Notes under the pieces: generated by a model | Told to the model about the DNA's origin: nothing | What the model saw: only the letters and a program-made list of their open reading frames with translations | The model's database searches: none | Assembly: GCA_021790875.1 (NCBI GenBank) | Contig: JAJYFN010000001.1 | Location: 3,490 to 67,489 of the forward strand | DNA: 64,000 bases | Direction: 5' to 3' | DNA from: a bacterium | GTDB taxonomy: Bacteria; Patescibacteriota; Saccharimonadia; Saccharimonadales; UBA4665 | Part shown: in pieces, positions 48,139 through 56,477 of the stretch | How positions within the stretch are numbered: position 1 is the first letter of the stretch | How the letters are laid out: each line of letters begins with the position of its first letter | Program-made: the position numbers and the translations under genes

Positions 48139-49097
48139 TCTCCTGGCGCTCTAAGTCTGTAAAACGCTCTGCCGTGCTGATGTTATTAGGTCTTGTACTT
48201 TTATATGGGGTTATACCAAATCTACATTCTCTCTTTGGACTTGAGCTACATTTGCGCTTACCAAAAGCACCAGCCTATCTAATTGCAGCTATCCTAAGCT
48301 ATTATCTAACCTTTATTTTCTCAAGTCTCAGCTATCGCTTCTTAGCAATTAAAAAACTACGCTTAGGCCAAGTTTGGTTAGTTCAACTTGCGAGTGCACC
48401 GCTTAATTTATTGCTACCAGCTGGTATCGGCGGGATTAGTATTAATTATCTATTCTTACGTACTAAACAGTTCTCGCAAACTATTTCTGGTTTAGTGATT
48501 GCGTTTAATAATGCGCTAGGCATTGCTGGCAATGTTTCGCTCCTTTTGCTTTGGTTATTACTTTTTGGCGTGAATAGTAGTTTGTTGCATGCTTATCGGC
48601 AACATGAAAGCTTAATTATACTGGTCCTGCTTTTAGTGTTACTTGGTCTATTGATCCTGATTTTATTCTTAAATAGTGCGCAGGTTCTTGCTCGCCATGT
48701 GCGCCAAAACTTAACTAAGGCTTTAAAGCTCTACCAACACTCTAGTCGCTGGTTGCGCGTCATTGGCGCTTATAGTTGCGCCATAGCTCAAGCCATTGTG
48801 ACGGCACTGGCTTTTTGGCTGACGCTCAAAGCCTTTCGGATTAACTTAGCCTACCCGATCACCTTCTTAATTTATTCTCTAAGCGTCTTAGTTGGTGGCT
48901 TCTTCCCTACCCCAGGCGGCTTAGGTGGCGTAGAGGCTAGTTTAGTGGCTGGGATCGTTGCTGTGCATGGCTCGGATACTTCGCTCGCTCTAAGTGCCGT
49001 TTTAGGTTACCGCGCAATTAGCTACTGGTTGCCGGCATTTACTGGCGGTTTTGCACTCTTTTTGGTGCGCCGGTTACGCTTAATAAAGTGGCGTTAA
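48111..49097 (+). CDS. second UPF0104 / LPG-synthase-TM-like membrane protein
   Basis: LLPAGIGGISINY and PTPGGLGGVEASL motifs; polytopic. Confidence 0.6.
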   Translation: MADLNHHLTISWRSKSVKRSAVLMLLGLVLLYGVIPNLHSLFGLELHLRLPKAPAYLIAAILSYYLTFIFSSLSYRFLAIKKLRLGQVWLVQLASAPLNLLLPAGIGGISINYLFLRTKQFSQTISGLVIAFNNALGIAGNVSLLLLWLLLFGVNSSLLHAYRQHESLIILVLLLVLLGLLILILFLNSAQVLARHVRQNLTKALKLYQHSSRWLRVIGAYSCAIAQAIVTALAFWLTLKAFRINLAYPITFLIYSLSVLVGGFFPTPGGLGGVEASLVAGIVAVHGSDTSLALSAVLGYRAISYWLPAFTGGFALFLVRRLRLIKWR

Positions 49098-49160
49098 GAT
49101 TTTTACTTGTCTATAGCTAAGACTTGAGCATATGATTGGATATAGCCACAAGGGGCGAGA

Positions 49161-51467
49161 TTGATGGCGGAGCTTGTTGCAGTACTCTTTCTCATCATAA
49201 TTTTGCTTAGTGTTGCTGTGTTTATTTATCGCTTGTACCTTACCCAAAAGCTAAAACTGGTTAGCTTAGAAGTTAAACTGCCGGCTTTTAACGCGGCGGA
49301 TCGTAAGTTAAGTAGTATCAGTCTAGTAAGCGTTTACCCGCTAATTAGTGAAATAGTTAATCAGCCTAACTGGTTGGCGCTTAAGCCTCAATTTGAGCTC
49401 GAAGTTATTTTTAATCTTAAGCATGGCACTAGCTTCTTTATTAATCTGCCCCTTAAGTACGCGGAAGTGGTTAGAAATCAGCTCTTAGCAATATCGCCAC
49501 GACTTGAGGTTTCTAACGCTACTGAGCTTAAGGCATTAAAACTTAAGCCCCAATATGTTACAAACTTAACGTATTGGCATGCGGGACCAAAATTTGCGGA
49601 CGTTACTCACGAGAAAAGTTTAATTAGTGATTTGGCTGCAAACTTACACGAGCTTGACCAAAATGAACTTGTCGCGCTGCGCCTTGGTATTAATCCAGAG
49701 CCCACGCGGCTACCACTTAAGGTTCTAAAGCTAGTCTTAGGGTCTATAAGAGCTGGGCTAAGGTTAATACTAGAGTTAGCTGAAACCGACGCACGACGCT
49801 CAAGCGAGCGTAGCTATAACCGCCGTGTAATGCAGCGCAGTAGATCGATTAAAAACCCAGATACTTCGTTAAGAGTTAGCGTTACGACCTTAGTTGCTAC
49901 TAAAACAAAGGCCAGAAGCGAGACTTTAAATTTAGCTCTTCTGGCGGCGGCCTTAGTTAACGGCTTAGTTAAATATCCTTCCTTGTTTCAACGCCGCGCC
50001 GTGGCGCGTTATCTAGGTCATAACAAAGCTTATCTGCACCATTTTCGCGTCACAGCCGATGCCTTGCCACATCTCTTTAACTTCCCTCCGGCTGGCGGTA
50101 TTTGGGAAGAGCATGCCAAATTAAATATGAGTCTTATGCTAAGAGCTGGTCTTGATGCTAATAAGACAAAGGCTTTAGTTTTAGGGATAAACGGAGCGAG
50201 TGCAGTTGGTTTAAGTAGTAAAGAGCGCCAGACGCACACTTTAATCATTGGCGGTACTGGTATGGGAAAGTCAACGCTACTTGGCTATAGCTTCATTCAA
50301 GACATGGCAAATGACAAGGGCGCTTTATTAATGGACCCACATGGTGATTTAGCGCAGCAGATGCTGAGGTATGTTCCACCGCAACGCATAAATGATGTGA
50401 TCTATATTGACCCAACCCAAATTCACCACCCAGTTAACCTTAATTTGCTTGAGCTACCAGCTAACCTAACAGGTGAGGCTCGAGCAATGAGTAAAGATTT
50501 TATTGCTGAGTCGATTGTCTCGATCTTTAGAAAAATCTTTTCCGAGGATGACAGTGGCGGACACCGCATTGAATATGTGTTGCGTAGTGCAATTTATACG
50601 GCGTTTAGTGTTCCAGGTGCTACCTTATTCACAATTCATAAATTATTAACTGATGATCTATATCGGGCCGGTGTCGTGGCTGGTCTAAAAGATGACGCCT
50701 TAAAGGCTTTTTGGTACGGTGAATACGCCAAGGCAGGCAGTTATCAGCGCGTCAAAATGATTAGTGGTGTGACCGCAAAGTTAGGACGTTTTGAGCGTTC
50801 GGTGGTAGTTAAGCGCATGCTTGAGAACCCTTCCTCGACGCTTAATTTTGACCAGTTACTAGCAGAACGTAAAATTTTAATCTGTAATTTTGCAAAGGGC
50901 GCAATAGGTGAAGATAACGCAGTACTACTTGGGATGGTGGTACTTGCTAAACTGCAGTTAGCAGCGTTAAAGCGGGTTTTTCAGTCAAGCCAAGAGCGTA
51001 CGGCTTTCTATCTCTATGTTGATGAATTTGAGTTGTTTAACGCGCCGCTTTTTACGGAGCTGATTAGTGAATCCCGTAAGTTCGGTATTTATCTAACCTT
51101 AGCGGAGCAAACCACCGCCTACCAAGACGAAAGAGAGATTAATATCTTAATGGCTAACGTCGGTAACATTATTGCCTTTCGGACGGCTGCTGAGGTCGAT
51201 AAACGGCGTATCTTGCCATTATTCTCACCCTATTTAACTGGTTCAGACTTAAGTAATCTAAAACCTTATAGTTGTTATTTAAGATCAATGGGCGAGCGAG
51301 CACAGCGACCGGTTTCATTTCAAACTGTTTTATTGAAGGGCAATGGTAGTAATTCGGTAGCAGATAAAGTAATAAAACATAGTCGCCTACTCTATACCTC
51401 TCCTTACTTAGGTGATAGGCTAACGGCTAGTAAACCAAGCCGTGTGCCAATGTCAAAAACCGCCTAA
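49161..51467 (+). CDS. membrane-anchored TraD/VirD4-like (coupling-protein-type) P-loop ATPase with an uncharacterised ~330-aa N-terminal region
   Basis: N-terminal TM helix, Walker A IIGGTGMGKSTLL, Walker B FYLYVDEFELF, and a TLAEQT...NVGNIIAFRT block as in the TraG/TraD C-terminal domains. Confidence 0.6.
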   Translation: MMAELVAVLFLIIILLSVAVFIYRLYLTQKLKLVSLEVKLPAFNAADRKLSSISLVSVYPLISEIVNQPNWLALKPQFELEVIFNLKHGTSFFINLPLKYAEVVRNQLLAISPRLEVSNATELKALKLKPQYVTNLTYWHAGPKFADVTHEKSLISDLAANLHELDQNELVALRLGINPEPTRLPLKVLKLVLGSIRAGLRLILELAETDARRSSERSYNRRVMQRSRSIKNPDTSLRVSVTTLVATKTKARSETLNLALLAAALVNGLVKYPSLFQRRAVARYLGHNKAYLHHFRVTADALPHLFNFPPAGGIWEEHAKLNMSLMLRAGLDANKTKALVLGINGASAVGLSSKERQTHTLIIGGTGMGKSTLLGYSFIQDMANDKGALLMDPHGDLAQQMLRYVPPQRINDVIYIDPTQIHHPVNLNLLELPANLTGEARAMSKDFIAESIVSIFRKIFSEDDSGGHRIEYVLRSAIYTAFSVPGATLFTIHKLLTDDLYRAGVVAGLKDDALKAFWYGEYAKAGSYQRVKMISGVTAKLGRFERSVVVKRMLENPSSTLNFDQLLAERKILICNFAKGAIGEDNAVLLGMVVLAKLQLAALKRVFQSSQERTAFYLYVDEFELFNAPLFTELISESRKFGIYLTLAEQTTAYQDEREINILMANVGNIIAFRTAAEVDKRRILPLFSPYLTGSDLSNLKPYSCYLRSMGERAQRPVSFQTVLLKGNGSNSVADKVIKHSRLLYTSPYLGDRLTASKPSRVPMSKTA

Positions 51468-51468
51468 G

Positions 51469-51498
51469 TTGGCTTTAAGGGGTGCGGTTTTGTATAAT
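51469..51498 (+). promoter_or_regulatory. sigma70-type promoter for tRNA-Gln
   Basis: TTGGCT (-35), an 18-nt spacer, then TG-TATAAT (extended -10), ending 29 nt before the mature tRNA 5' end. Confidence 0.5.
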
Positions 51499-51527
51499 CC
51501 TAACGAGTAGTTCAGTGTTATTCCTAT

Positions 51528-51602
51528 TAGGGCGTCGCCAAGTGGTAAGGCACCAGGTTTTGGTCCTGGCATTCGGGGGTTCGAATCCCTCCGCCCTAGC
51601 CA
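51528..51602 (+). tRNA. tRNA-Gln (anticodon UUG), CCA encoded
   Basis: Acceptor UAGGGCG/CGCCCUA, anticodon stem CCAGG/CCUGG with loop UUUUGGU, T arm GGGGG-UUCGAAU-CCCUC. Closely parallels E. coli tRNA-Gln. Confidence 0.95.
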
Positions 51603-51656
51603 ATGAAACATATACTTCTAAGCCTCAAAGGTTTAGATAGGGCTGCTTTAACTTAA

Positions 51657-51917
51657 CTAGTCGTAAACACTTTTACGGTGACCGACTTTTGTCACTAGCA
51701 CTACTTTAACTTGCTCCTCAATTACATATAAAATTCTATAATTGTCTTGGCGAGCTCGATATTCCTCTCGCCCCGAAAGTTTTTTTGACCATGTTGGTCT
51801 AGGATTTTCACCAAGCATCTGAATGCGCTGCATAATCTTTGCTACATCAGATCCTGGCAGTTTAATTAAGTCTTTACGAATAACACTTGGCAGTATCTGA
51901 ATGTTATATGCGGCCAC
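51657..51917 (-). CDS. RelE/ParE-family type II toxin
   Basis: YRILYVIEEQVKVVLVTKVGHRKSVY C-terminal signature. The GTG start overlaps the antitoxin stop by 14 nt. Confidence 0.85.
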   Translation of the reverse strand: MAAYNIQILPSVIRKDLIKLPGSDVAKIMQRIQMLGENPRPTWSKKLSGREEYRARQDNYRILYVIEEQVKVVLVTKVGHRKSVYD

Positions 51918-52134
51918 TGGCTTGTAGCTCTTTTAGAGCGGCCTCGTAGGAAAGAGGTGTTTCCTTTTTCTCCAGCCGATAACGTATTGTACTTATGTCT
52001 TCCATGTCTTCTGTGAGTTGAGCTTGAAGAGCCTCATTCATAAGACCTGAAATCGTCTGACCAGTTTCAGCAGCTCTTATTTTAAGTGTTCTATACATTG
52101 CTGAATCTAGATAGAGGGTAGCTTTTGTAATCAT
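51904..52134 (-). CDS. ribbon-helix-helix (CopG/RelB-like) antitoxin
   Basis: KATLYLDSAMYRTLKIRAAETGQTISGLMNEAL forms a beta-strand plus two helices, as in an RHH. It lies upstream of and overlaps the toxin gene. Confidence 0.8.
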   Translation of the reverse strand: MITKATLYLDSAMYRTLKIRAAETGQTISGLMNEALQAQLTEDMEDISTIRYRLEKKETPLSYEAALKELQASGRI

Positions 52135-52170
52135 ACTGCCACCATACTGTCATGCCATCATACTGTCAAT
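52135..52170 (-). promoter_or_regulatory. TA promoter with overlapping tandem-repeat operator; probable leaderless transcript
   Basis: The reverse strand reads TTGACA-17 nt-TATGGT-GGCAGT-ATG. Two tandem 16-nt units, TGACAGTATG(A/G)TGGCA (52137-52168), cover the -35 and -10 elements. A third partial core, CAGTATGAT, spans the start codon. Confidence 0.65.
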
Positions 52171-52344
52171 AGATTAGTATCTGGTTATAAATTTAAAATC
52201 AAAAGGGTTCCATGTTTGGTTAATTTTATTGTTTGATTTATTAATATGTTAATTTTTTAACTAGATTTGACTTTAATTATAATAAATCGTAGAACTTTTA
52301 TTTTAATCAGTATGGTCTTAGTTTAAAACTTAGCTACAAATTAA

Positions 52345-52851
52345 TTATTCGGGTCGTGTAATTAATTCTAGGTTTTTTAAAACTATCATCCTAGCCATCG
52401 ATTGGAGGATTTTGTCATCATTGAATTCGCACTTTACGGCGTCGATATTGAAGTCATCGTTAATTCGGATAATATCGTTTTCGCTAATAAATAAGTGTTT
52501 ATCAACTTTGTCATAGATATTTGGTACTCCAGGTCGAAAGCGTGTAATGTGTGATCTAGCAATCCGCCACCCAATCTCTGTTTTAATTTCAGTTAGCTGG
52601 GTCTCACCACTGGGTAGTGTTGTGGATCGGTTTCTTAAATGCCACTGTGGGACACTATTAACTGCGCAAGTATAGGCAAAGTTACTCATGTCATAAGCAA
52701 CGTTCTCGAGCTCACGAATTTCTTGAAGGGGCACCCCTTCTTCCGCTAAACGACCATAGAATGGATCCTCATAATTAGATTCAAACGATCGGTAACCGTT
52801 AACTGTCTGTTTCTCGCGCTCAAGATCGATGTACAAAGGTAGCTTACTCAT
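52345..52851 (-). CDS. hypothetical protein (orphan, AT-rich islet)
   Basis: 168-aa ORF with plausible composition and no recognisable family. Confidence 0.5.
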   Translation of the reverse strand: MSKLPLYIDLEREKQTVNGYRSFESNYEDPFYGRLAEEGVPLQEIRELENVAYDMSNFAYTCAVNSVPQWHLRNRSTTLPSGETQLTEIKTEIGWRIARSHITRFRPGVPNIYDKVDKHLFISENDIIRINDDFNIDAVKCEFNDDKILQSMARMIVLKNLELITRPE

Positions 52852-52997
52852 TAGTATAACTATAACATAAATGTATCAAAATAAAAAATAGCGGTTATTG
52901 TTTTCTTTCCCTTGTGCTTGGTCCGCCATCTCCTTTGATATTGAAAGAGTTCTTATGCTTGCATCACGTTGTTAGGCTAGTCTATTGTTAGGTCTAG

Positions 52998-53903
52998 ATG
53001 ACAAGATTAAAAAGTACGGCACCACGTAAGTATATTCATCAGTTGAATATGAACCAACTGGAAGGTCGGATGGTGCGCTTAGATAATCAGAAAGTTGCAA
53101 CGGAAATATTATTTGTCGGTGGTTTAAGCGCCAATCTTGAGTATTGGTGGGGTCTGATTCGCGCCCTTGGTGATTTCGGCAGTGTCAGTGCCCCTGATTT
53201 ACCTGGCATTGGTGGCATGACAAGTTTCTATAAGATTAAAAGACGGCCCACAATCGATAGTTATGCTGATTATTTAGCGACATTTACTAAACTGCGTTAT
53301 GGTAAACGTCGGATCGTCATTGTTGGCGTTGGCTTCGGCTTCGTTATTGCAACTCGTATGCTGGCTAAATACCCGGAAATTGCGCACCGTGTTAACCTCA
53401 TTGTTTCGCTTGGTGGATACGCCGACGCCGAGGACTTTAAATTAGGCAGTAAGATCTTAAAGGTACATCAGTTATTAAGTTATCTGACTTCCAAAAAAAT
53501 ACCATCACTGGTACTTAGAAAAATACTGTATAACGATTCACTATTACGCTGGCAGTATGGCCGGCGTCTTGGTCGTAATGCCAAATCTGATGCTGCCAAT
53601 GCCTTAATTATTGGCGAAGTGAGAAGATGGCAAAGTAGTGACTTAAGAACTTTTGGGGCAATTGTCGGGCAACTGGCTACTTTTACGAACTGCAATAGTG
53701 TAGTAGACGTCAAAGCCTGGCATGTTTTCTTAAATGAGAAAACGTTGATTCGCAACCGAGTTGAGCAACATTTAAGAGTTATCTTTCCTGATTTAACAAT
53801 CGCTAATTCGAGTCGAAAAAATAGCTATGTCTTAAACCAAAATAAGCGTAGTGCGAGTTACTTTTTGCCAAATGAGCTCAAACAAGTCTTGCGCTCAATC
53901 TAA
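52998..53903 (+). CDS. alpha/beta-hydrolase-fold protein lacking the nucleophilic serine
   Basis: Pattern ILFVGGL...W..L...DLPGIGG...IVIVGVGFGFVIA. The GxSxG elbow reads G-V-G-F-G. Confidence 0.6.
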   Translation: MTRLKSTAPRKYIHQLNMNQLEGRMVRLDNQKVATEILFVGGLSANLEYWWGLIRALGDFGSVSAPDLPGIGGMTSFYKIKRRPTIDSYADYLATFTKLRYGKRRIVIVGVGFGFVIATRMLAKYPEIAHRVNLIVSLGGYADAEDFKLGSKILKVHQLLSYLTSKKIPSLVLRKILYNDSLLRWQYGRRLGRNAKSDAANALIIGEVRRWQSSDLRTFGAIVGQLATFTNCNSVVDVKAWHVFLNEKTLIRNRVEQHLRVIFPDLTIANSSRKNSYVLNQNKRSASYFLPNELKQVLRSI

Positions 53904-53955
53904 GCCTAAGCATTAACCATTTGCGTTTGGGGTAGTCATAAGTGATAATTAGCCT

Positions 53956-55077
53956 ATGTTTCACTTTGGTCACAGACACAATGACGAAAAGCATCTACCT
54001 CGAGTAGAGATGACAGTTTCAAACGAGACCTTAGTTAGAGTGATCCTTATTATCTTAATTGGCATTGTCTTTTTTGAAGCTTTTCTCAAGATTAAATCTG
54101 CCGTCGTGCTACTGTTGCTCGCTTTCTTCTTAAGCTTAGTTTTAAATGGTCCAGTAAGTTGGCTGGCCAATAAATTACCAGGACGTATTAAAGGTAGTCG
54201 CTTAATTGCAACTAGTATTTCGTATATTTTAGTAATTGCCCTTTTTAGCATCTTCTTTGCCTACGTCATACCACCTTTCGTGCACCAGACGGAACGTTTT
54301 ATATCGGCGGCACCTAACTTAGTTAAAGAGACTCAGAATCAACGCACAGCATTAGGTAAATTTGTGCGTATCCATCATTTGCAGGGCCAAGTAGACAACT
54401 TATCGACCCAATTGTCTAACCAATTAAAGAATATTGGTGGCATCGCTTTTAACTCCGTCATCAGGGTTGCAAAAGACGTCTTCTCATCAGTAGCTGTCTT
54501 AGCTCTAACCTTTATGATGTTAGTTGAAGGACCGCGTTGGTTAAAGGCCTTAAGGACTATATTCATTCAACGCAAGAACGACGATAAGGTTAATCGCATT
54601 GCTCACGAAATGTACCGTGTTATAAGGGGCTACGTTAATGGTCAAGTTTTACTAGCTATCATTGCCGCAGTACTCGTTGCACCATCGCTATTTATTATGG
54701 GTGTCAGTTATCCGGTTGCCTTAATGGTCATTGTCTTCATTAGTGGTCTTATCCCGATGCTTGGGCATACGATTGGCGCGGTCATTTTAACCTTCGTGGC
54801 CCTTTTCCATTCCGTCACTGCCGCTTTGGTGGTACTAATTTGGTATGTAATCTATATCAACATTGAGAATTATTTAATTGCACCGAAAATTCAGGCTAAC
54901 TCTACTAAGATGTCACCACTACTTGTCTTAATTGCAATTGTCGTTGGTATTAATTTTGGCGGTTTACTAGGCGGACTAATTGCTATACCAGTTGCCGGTG
55001 TAGCTAGAGTTATAATAGTTGAGATTCTTGAGCAACAAAACCGCTTGCCGAAAGATTATTTAGACGAAACTGAGTAA
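53956..55077 (+). CDS. AI-2E family transporter (PerM/UPF0118)
   Basis: Polytopic membrane protein. The C-terminal block NIENYLIAPKI...LIAIVVG..FGGLLGGLIAIPVAG is characteristic of the family. Confidence 0.85.
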   Translation: MFHFGHRHNDEKHLPRVEMTVSNETLVRVILIILIGIVFFEAFLKIKSAVVLLLLAFFLSLVLNGPVSWLANKLPGRIKGSRLIATSISYILVIALFSIFFAYVIPPFVHQTERFISAAPNLVKETQNQRTALGKFVRIHHLQGQVDNLSTQLSNQLKNIGGIAFNSVIRVAKDVFSSVAVLALTFMMLVEGPRWLKALRTIFIQRKNDDKVNRIAHEMYRVIRGYVNGQVLLAIIAAVLVAPSLFIMGVSYPVALMVIVFISGLIPMLGHTIGAVILTFVALFHSVTAALVVLIWYVIYINIENYLIAPKIQANSTKMSPLLVLIAIVVGINFGGLLGGLIAIPVAGVARVIIVEILEQQNRLPKDYLDETE

Positions 55078-55091
55078 GACTAGTAGAAAAC

Positions 55092-56477
55092 TCAAGAAAG
55101 GTATTGCCAGATCGGGCCGTCGGGGCGATCAAGGACTGTAATATTTGTTTGCTCGAGTTGAGCCCTTAAGGTGTCGGCCTTAGCCCAATCCTGATCACTT
55201 CTGGCTTGTTTACGTTCGTTAATTAATTGCTTTTGCTGGTCTGAAATATCTGGCACTGACTCAAGTTTAAGCCCTAAAAGAGCATCAATTAGTTTGATGC
55301 GTTCTGTAATTTCGTCTGCTCTATAGCGGTTGCTTAGTTCAATTTGATTAAGCCAGGATTCTAGGGCAGCAAGAGCGAGCGGAGTATTTAAATCATTCTC
55401 TAGCTGTGGCAGTAACTCTAATGGTGCGAGATGTTCAGTTGCGTTGTCCTGTTGTTGGTAGCGTAGAACGGCAAAATTGCGGTAGCGGACTAAGCGCGCT
55501 TGGGCTGCCCGCATTGCATCATAGCTAAATTTACTTTGTGAGCGGTAATGTGATTCGAGCGCTAACAGCCTAAGTGTTTCGCCACTAAAGCCTTGAGCCA
55601 TAATGTCTTCTAGAGTAATTGTGTTGCCAAGACTCTTAGAGATCTTCTGTTCGCTAAGCAGAATGTGATTGGTGTGGACCCAATATTTGGCAAGTGGTGC
55701 TTCGTTTAAGGCTTCAGATTGGGCTATTTCATTCGTATGATGAACTGGAATATGGTCAATCCCGCCACTATGAATATCTAGCGTCGGGCCGAGGTACTTT
55801 AAGCACATGGCGGAACACTCAATGTGCCAGCCTGGAAAGCCTTTACCCCAAGGGCTATCCCATTCCATGTCTCTTTTTTGGTCACTGGGTGAGAATTTCC
55901 ATAAAGCAAAGTCGTTAGCTTGGTGTTTTTCTGGATTTACTTCTACTCTTGCGCCGGCCTGCTGTTCATCTAAATCGAGTCGCGCAAAGTCAGCGTAGCG
56001 TGGGAATTTAGCGGTATCAAAGTAAATACCATCGCTGATACGGTAAGTGTAGCCCTTGGCTTCCAGTTTTAAGATGAAGTCGATTTGTTCATTAATGTGA
56101 TCGGTGGCTTTAGGAATCTGAGTTGGCGTGGTGAAGTTTAGTTTAGTCAATGAAGTAATAAAATAGTCGCCGTAAAACTGTGCAATGTCCCAAGCGTTTT
56201 TACCTTCATTTGCTGCCTTCTTGGCAAGTTTATCTTCACCTTCATCGGCATCGGATGTTAAATGGCCGACGTCAGTAATATTGATCACCCAATTTGGTTC
56301 AAAACCGGAGGCTTTAAGAGTGCGGATTAGTAAATCATAACGTATGAAGGTGAACCAGTTACCAATGTGCATGTAGTCGTAAACCGTTGGGCCACAGGTG
56401 TAGATAGTGACCTTTGGTGGCTGAAGAGCTCTAAAGTCTTCAATCTCGCGCGTTAGGGTGTTATAGAGACGTAGCAT
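55092..56477 (-). CDS. cysS: cysteine--tRNA ligase
   Basis: MLRLYNTLTRE, CGPTVYDYMHIGN (HIGH-type) and KISKSLGN (KMSKS). Confidence 0.95.
   Translation of the reverse strand: MLRLYNTLTREIEDFRALQPPKVTIYTCGPTVYDYMHIGNWFTFIRYDLLIRTLKASGFEPNWVINITDVGHLTSDADEGEDKLAKKAANEGKNAWDIAQFYGDYFITSLTKLNFTTPTQIPKATDHINEQIDFILKLEAKGYTYRISDGIYFDTAKFPRYADFARLDLDEQQAGARVEVNPEKHQANDFALWKFSPSDQKRDMEWDSPWGKGFPGWHIECSAMCLKYLGPTLDIHSGGIDHIPVHHTNEIAQSEALNEAPLAKYWVHTNHILLSEQKISKSLGNTITLEDIMAQGFSGETLRLLALESHYRSQSKFSYDAMRAAQARLVRYRNFAVLRYQQQDNATEHLAPLELLPQLENDLNTPLALAALESWLNQIELSNRYRADEITERIKLIDALLGLKLESVPDISDQQKQLINERKQARSDQDWAKADTLRAQLEQTNITVLDRPDGPIWQYLS

Larger units (their letters stand above)
51603..52997. mobile_element. 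candidate tRNA-Gln-associated genomic islet (TA pair + orphan gene; no integrase)
   Basis: AT-rich DNA starts immediately 3' of the tRNA. Its cargo is typical of mobile DNA. A weak 9/12 match to the tRNA 3' end lies at 52922-52933. Confidence 0.35.

Noticed and set aside
52345-52851. R-x4-H (WRIARSH) in the orphan 168-aa protein as a HEPN RNase motif
   Set aside because: A six-residue pattern with a non-polar residue after the Arg is easily produced by chance. There is no other HEPN-like feature I can judge by eye.
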